Shown piece after piece: positions 14,992 to 18,307 of a DNA stretch of 18,307 bases. The position numbers were made by a program, and so were the translations under genes. The notes under the pieces were generated by a model. It was not told the origin of the DNA. It made no database searches and saw nothing but the letters and a program-made list of their open reading frames with translations. Within the stretch, counting starts at the first letter, position 1. Every line of letters starts with the position of its first letter. Source of the DNA: Acidobacteriota bacterium (lineage in GTDB: Bacteria; Acidobacteriota; Thermoanaerobaculia; Multivoradales; UBA5704); NCBI GenBank assembly GCA_040005235.1, contig JBDTZG010000087.1, positions 1-18,307 of the forward strand, read 5' to 3'.

Positions 14992-16034
14992 CGAGTGGCG
15001 TCGCCGACGTTGCTCACCCACGAGGCGATCTCTCCAGCCTGGCGGGCGAGCGAATGCCCTTCGTACCAGGTCCGCGCGGCGGCGGCAATGCCCGTAGCGT
15101 AAGAAGCCGGAGAGAACGCCGCCGCCGCATCCCAAAAAGGAACCCCGGAGCGAACCCCGGAGGCCGGCCGGCCGGAGCAGATCGGCAGCATCCCATGCGC
15201 CGCGTAGGCCGCAAAGACGCTCGATTTGCCCAGAAAGCCGAGCGGATAGGAGAGGAAGCCCGCGGCGCTCTCGGCTAGGATCGCGCTCACTTCCGAAGCT
15301 GGCAGGACACCCAATCGGCGGATCTGCAGGGCGCCGATAGATTGAGGAGCGACACCGCCGGGGCCGATGTCCCAAATCTCGGAGAGCCCGAACGCCCGCG
15401 CCGCGGCTTCGATCTTCCCGGAGTCGATCTCATACGCCCGGCCGCGCACGCCCGTCCCACCGAACAGGACGAGGCGCGGCGCGCGGGAGGCGAACGTCGG
15501 AATCTCGGCCGGCTCGCCGATGCCGGAGATCACCGGCCGGACCCCGATCTCGCGGCTCGGATCGGACAGGACGCCACGCAACAGGTCGGAGTAAAGGTCG
15601 AGACTGGTGGTGACCCGTTCGCTCCGGTCGCCGAGCGCCCGGACGATCCGGCGTTGGAGGGGGCCCAGCCAGAAAGAGCTGCGCCAGGGCGGTCCGGTCG
15701 CCCAGACCTCATGGAACTGGGTCCAGAGCGCTCCTTCGGTATGCGCGAGCCCCGCGGCGAGCCACCGCGGAACACCGCGCGAGTGATAGCCATATCCCGC
15801 GTAGTGAAGGACCGTCCGCTCGGCACCGGCCAGGGCCGCGGCGAGTGCCTCCGGTTCGGGAGCCACCTCGACCACGTCGAGCCCGGCGCCCTTCGCTGCG
15901 GCGCCGTGCGGGGCGGGCACGACGAATCGAGACTCGATCCCGCGCTCGGAGAGTGCCCCGGCCAGAGTGAGCGCGATCCCGCCGACCCCCTCCTCGGGCG
16001 GTGGCAGCCGGGGGACGATTTGAATCAACCTCAT
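14988..16034 (-). CDS. GT-B-like glycosyltransferase, divergent, ~348 aa
   Basis: MRLIQIVPRLPPPEEGVGG, LHYAGYGY, FHEVW, LGVLPASEVSAIL, GKSSVFAAYAAHG. The N-terminus is GT4-like but there is no E-x7-E. ATG 16034 lies in an ATGA overlap. Confidence 0.7.
   Translation of the reverse strand: MRLIQIVPRLPPPEEGVGGIALTLAGALSERGIESRFVVPAPHGAAAKGAGLDVVEVAPEPEALAAALAGAERTVLHYAGYGYHSRGVPRWLAAGLAHTEGALWTQFHEVWATGPPWRSSFWLGPLQRRIVRALGDRSERVTTSLDLYSDLLRGVLSDPSREIGVRPVISGIGEPAEIPTFASRAPRLVLFGGTGVRGRAYEIDSGKIEAAARAFGLSEIWDIGPGGVAPQSIGALQIRRLGVLPASEVSAILAESAAGFLSYPLGFLGKSSVFAAYAAHGMLPICSGRPASGVRSGVPFWDAAAAFSPASYATGIAAAARTWYEGHSLARQAGEIASWVSNVGDATR
15140..15162. repeat. Short direct repeat GAACCCCGGAG x2, period 12, in frame
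   Basis: Copies at 15140-15150 and 15152-15162; encodes SGVRSGV in the divergent GT-B gene. Confidence 0.6.
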
Positions 16035-17155
16035 TGGTTCGAGCCCTTCCGGATTCCCCGGCGCAGCTCCGCCGTCCAGCTTTGATAAGCCTCGGCCAGC
16101 CGGGATGCGGCGGGTTCCCATCGCAGCGCCTGGGCGCGCTCCCAGCCCCCCGTGGCGACCCGGTGGCGGAGGTCGGGATCGCGAATCAGCCGTCCGACCG
16201 CCGCGGTCAAAGGGCGGTCGGGCCTTAGGTGGACAACCTCTTGTCCATCCGCCAGTCCGGCCGCAAAACCGACCGGCGAGGCGACGACCGCCGCGCCGCA
16301 GGCCATCGCTTCCGCGGTCGCGAGCCCGAAGCTCTCGTAGACGGAAGGGGCGACGACGATCGAGAACCGGTGATAGAGAGCACGCAGCTCGGTCTCCCGA
16401 TCCGCTCGCGGAACGACCGAGATCCGGGGGCGAACGTCTTCGGGAAAGTGTTCCTCTGCCCGAAACGAGTCGCCGACGCCGACCAAGACGAACCGCCAGT
16501 CCGGAAAGGCGCTGAGCACCTCTGGGATCTCGCGGCCTAGCGCCGCAATCCCCTTGATCGGCAGCCAAGCGCCGCAGTAGCCGATTTCCGGCTCGCGATC
16601 GAGCGAGAGAGGTTGATCGAGGAAACGATCCGGAAGCGGGTTGTCGAGCGCGAGGATGCGTCGGTTCGGCGCATAACCGCGCTGGCTGGCCCAACCGGCG
16701 TCCCAGTCGCTCACGGTCACCAGCGCGTCGGCGCGCCGGAAAGCGAGCGCCGATAGCCTTGCGGGGTCGGGACGCCAGCGGGTCCGGTCGGTGAGCCCGG
16801 CGGCGGCAAGGACCTCGGAGCAATGGGTTTCGATGCCGTTCGAATGGATGGCGAGCAGATACCGGCGTCCGGGGGTTGCGGCGAGCAGCGACATCGCGAG
16901 CCAACCCTCGGCACCGTAGATCTCGACCACGTCGTAGCCTCCGGCGCCGAGCCGATCGAGACAGGCGGCCGCCATGCCCAGAGTCTGTCGGTGGCGGATC
17001 GCCCGTCGCGCGCCGTAGAACGGCTCGAAGTCCACCGGTCCGAGCAACTCGACCGAGTGACCGAGCGCGCGAAGCCGTTCCGCGTAACCGAGGATCACGT
17101 AACCCGAGCCGGAGGCGGGATCGAGGGGCGTGTTTGCGAGGGTGAGAATCCTCAC
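16031..17155 (-). CDS. Glycosyltransferase family 4 (GT-B), 374 aa
   Basis: RRADALVTVS, YCGAWLPIKG, APSVYESFGLATAEAMACG. GTG start in a GTGA overlap. Confidence 0.92.
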   Translation of the reverse strand: MRILTLANTPLDPASGSGYVILGYAERLRALGHSVELLGPVDFEPFYGARRAIRHRQTLGMAAACLDRLGAGGYDVVEIYGAEGWLAMSLLAATPGRRYLLAIHSNGIETHCSEVLAAAGLTDRTRWRPDPARLSALAFRRADALVTVSDWDAGWASQRGYAPNRRILALDNPLPDRFLDQPLSLDREPEIGYCGAWLPIKGIAALGREIPEVLSAFPDWRFVLVGVGDSFRAEEHFPEDVRPRISVVPRADRETELRALYHRFSIVVAPSVYESFGLATAEAMACGAAVVASPVGFAAGLADGQEVVHLRPDRPLTAAVGRLIRDPDLRHRVATGGWERAQALRWEPAASRLAEAYQSWTAELRRGIRKGSNQ

Positions 17156-18249
17156 CGGGAGAGGCGCTCCGAGAGTTGCCGTTCATAGTCCTCGGCGATC
17201 CGCGGCCAGGAGAAGTGCTCGAAATAGCCGCTCGCCGCGAGGTCATCGATCGCGAGGTCCGGGGCGGCGATCCGTTCGGGTGGCGGGAACGGCCGGATCG
17301 TCCGCGGCAGGAAGGCGGCGAGGTCGGGCGCGCCCCCGACCGGGGTGGCGTAGATCGGCATCCCGGATTCGATCATTTCGTGAAGCGAGAGACCCCATCC
17401 CTCCGCGACGCTGGTGAACAGCCCAACGTCGTGCGCGGCGAGCAGCGCCGGCAGCTCGGCCCGTCCGTAGCGCTCGACGATCCGCAGCCGTCCGGCAGCC
17501 AGCAGGTCGCGCGCGACGTCTTCGAGCGCGATTTCGCCGCACCCGGCGATCGTCAACGTGTCGCGCCGATCGTTGGCCGCAAGCCCGGCGCTCCAGTCGA
17601 GCAGGAGCCGCGGACCCTTGTGCGCGACCCAGCGGCCGAGCCAGAGGTAGCGGATTCCGGATTCCGGATTCCGGATCGAACGGTGCGCCCGAACCTCGGC
17701 GAGCGCCGAGCGGTCTTCACTCCCGAGCGCCGCGACATAGGAGACGAGCTTCGGGGCGAGGCGCGGAAAACGGCGAGCCATCCATTCCCGCTCGACGCTC
17801 CCCAGACAGAGTACCAAGTCGGCGCGGTGCGCCCCCGCGCGGAACGCCGCGGCGAGGCGCGTAGCGCGCACCGCTTCGATCGCCAGGTTCGGAGAAAGCG
17901 GCCGACGGGAAAACCCCGAACGTAGGCTTGCGGCCAGGTAGAGAAGGTCGGGTTGGATGCTGCGGGCGACGACGAACGAGGCGGCCGCGACGCGGCGCGA
18001 GACCGAGAGCGCAGGCAGGTCGATGGCGTCGAACGGACCGGTCGCTGCAAGGTGGCGCTCGATCGCCCGTCGCTGGGCTTTGTAATGCCCTCCCCAGTGT
18101 CCCCCGGGAGGCAACGGCTCGGGCGACCAGGCGCTGGCGTCGTGGCCGCGTGCGCACAACGCCGCCGCAAGCTCGATCGCGAGCTGGGCGGCGCCGTACT
18201 CCGGCCGCAGCGGCGGGTGGGAAACGAGCAGAAGGCGGAGGGGTTTCAT
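17152..18249 (-). CDS. Glycosyltransferase family 4 (GT-B), 365 aa
   Basis: LRLLLVSH...GAAQLA...L.ARGH, LWLGRWVAHKG, LFTSVAEGWGLSLHEMIESGMP, TPVGG. Confidence 0.9.
   Translation of the reverse strand: MKPLRLLLVSHPPLRPEYGAAQLAIELAAALCARGHDASAWSPEPLPPGGHWGGHYKAQRRAIERHLAATGPFDAIDLPALSVSRRVAAASFVVARSIQPDLLYLAASLRSGFSRRPLSPNLAIEAVRATRLAAAFRAGAHRADLVLCLGSVEREWMARRFPRLAPKLVSYVAALGSEDRSALAEVRAHRSIRNPESGIRYLWLGRWVAHKGPRLLLDWSAGLAANDRRDTLTIAGCGEIALEDVARDLLAAGRLRIVERYGRAELPALLAAHDVGLFTSVAEGWGLSLHEMIESGMPIYATPVGGAPDLAAFLPRTIRPFPPPERIAAPDLAIDDLAASGYFEHFSWPRIAEDYERQLSERLSR
17651..17676. repeat. Perfect 7-bp tandem repeat (CGGATTC)x3.7 inside the GT4 gene
   Basis: Plus strand reads cggattc-cggattc-cggattc-cggat; on the minus strand it encodes IRNPESGIR. 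Confidence 0.9.
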
Positions 18250-18307
18250 TGCCGAAACCTAAAGGTTCAGCCGCGCGACGCGACCAGCCAAAACGGATCG
18301 CGCCGCG

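Noticed and set aside
15140-15175. 12-bp-period duplication and GGCC run as functional repeats
   Set aside because: Only two copies, in frame and in a probable loop; most likely a neutral micro-duplication.
1539-17925. Many long plus-strand ORFs (e.g. 1539..2759, 5084..6469, 6496..7830, 8160..8972)
   Set aside because: These are shadow ORFs antisense to well-supported genes, as expected from stop-codon scarcity at high GC; they have no recognisable motifs.
18250-18307. Tail of an upstream gene and a small AACCT-AA-AGGTT inverted repeat (18256-18267)
   Set aside because: There is too little sequence. Two minus-strand frames end nearby (TGA 18267-18269, TAG 18259-18261) and cannot be distinguished, and a 5-bp stem is not significant.
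1-18307. CRISPR array, tRNA/rRNA, IS or prophage elements
   Set aside because: The window is almost fully coding. I saw no spaced repeats, RNA gene signatures, transposase or integrase motifs, or terminal inverted repeats.

Overview
GC-rich bacterial DNA taken up almost entirely by a surface or extracellular glycan biosynthesis locus. On the minus strand, 15 genes run from 18249 to 1467 with no intergenic bases; every junction is a stop/start overlap. In transcription order they are: four GT-B glycosyltransferases (one lacking the usual catalytic motif), a Wzy/O-antigen-ligase-like membrane protein, three more GT4s, a GT2, and then a tailoring block. That block holds a NodU/CmcH carbamoyltransferase, three SAM methyltransferases (two clear FkbM family, one FkbM-like), a membrane-anchored SGNH protein and an acyltransferase-3. 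A single plus-strand GT-A-type gene (~609-1481) separates the operon from a GDP-mannose-3,5-epimerase-like SDR gene, which runs off the left edge and is missing from the ORF track. Many ORF-track starts are over-extended and are corrected here using the overlaps. I saw no RNA genes, CRISPR arrays or mobile elements, and no flippase, priming transferase or export genes. The most notable points are the carbamoyl/methyl/acyl tailoring cassette, complete translational coupling, a 7-bp tandem repeat in the first GT, the antisense gene inside the cluster, and several enzymes with altered catalytic motifs. All product calls come from motif recognition by eye, not database searches.
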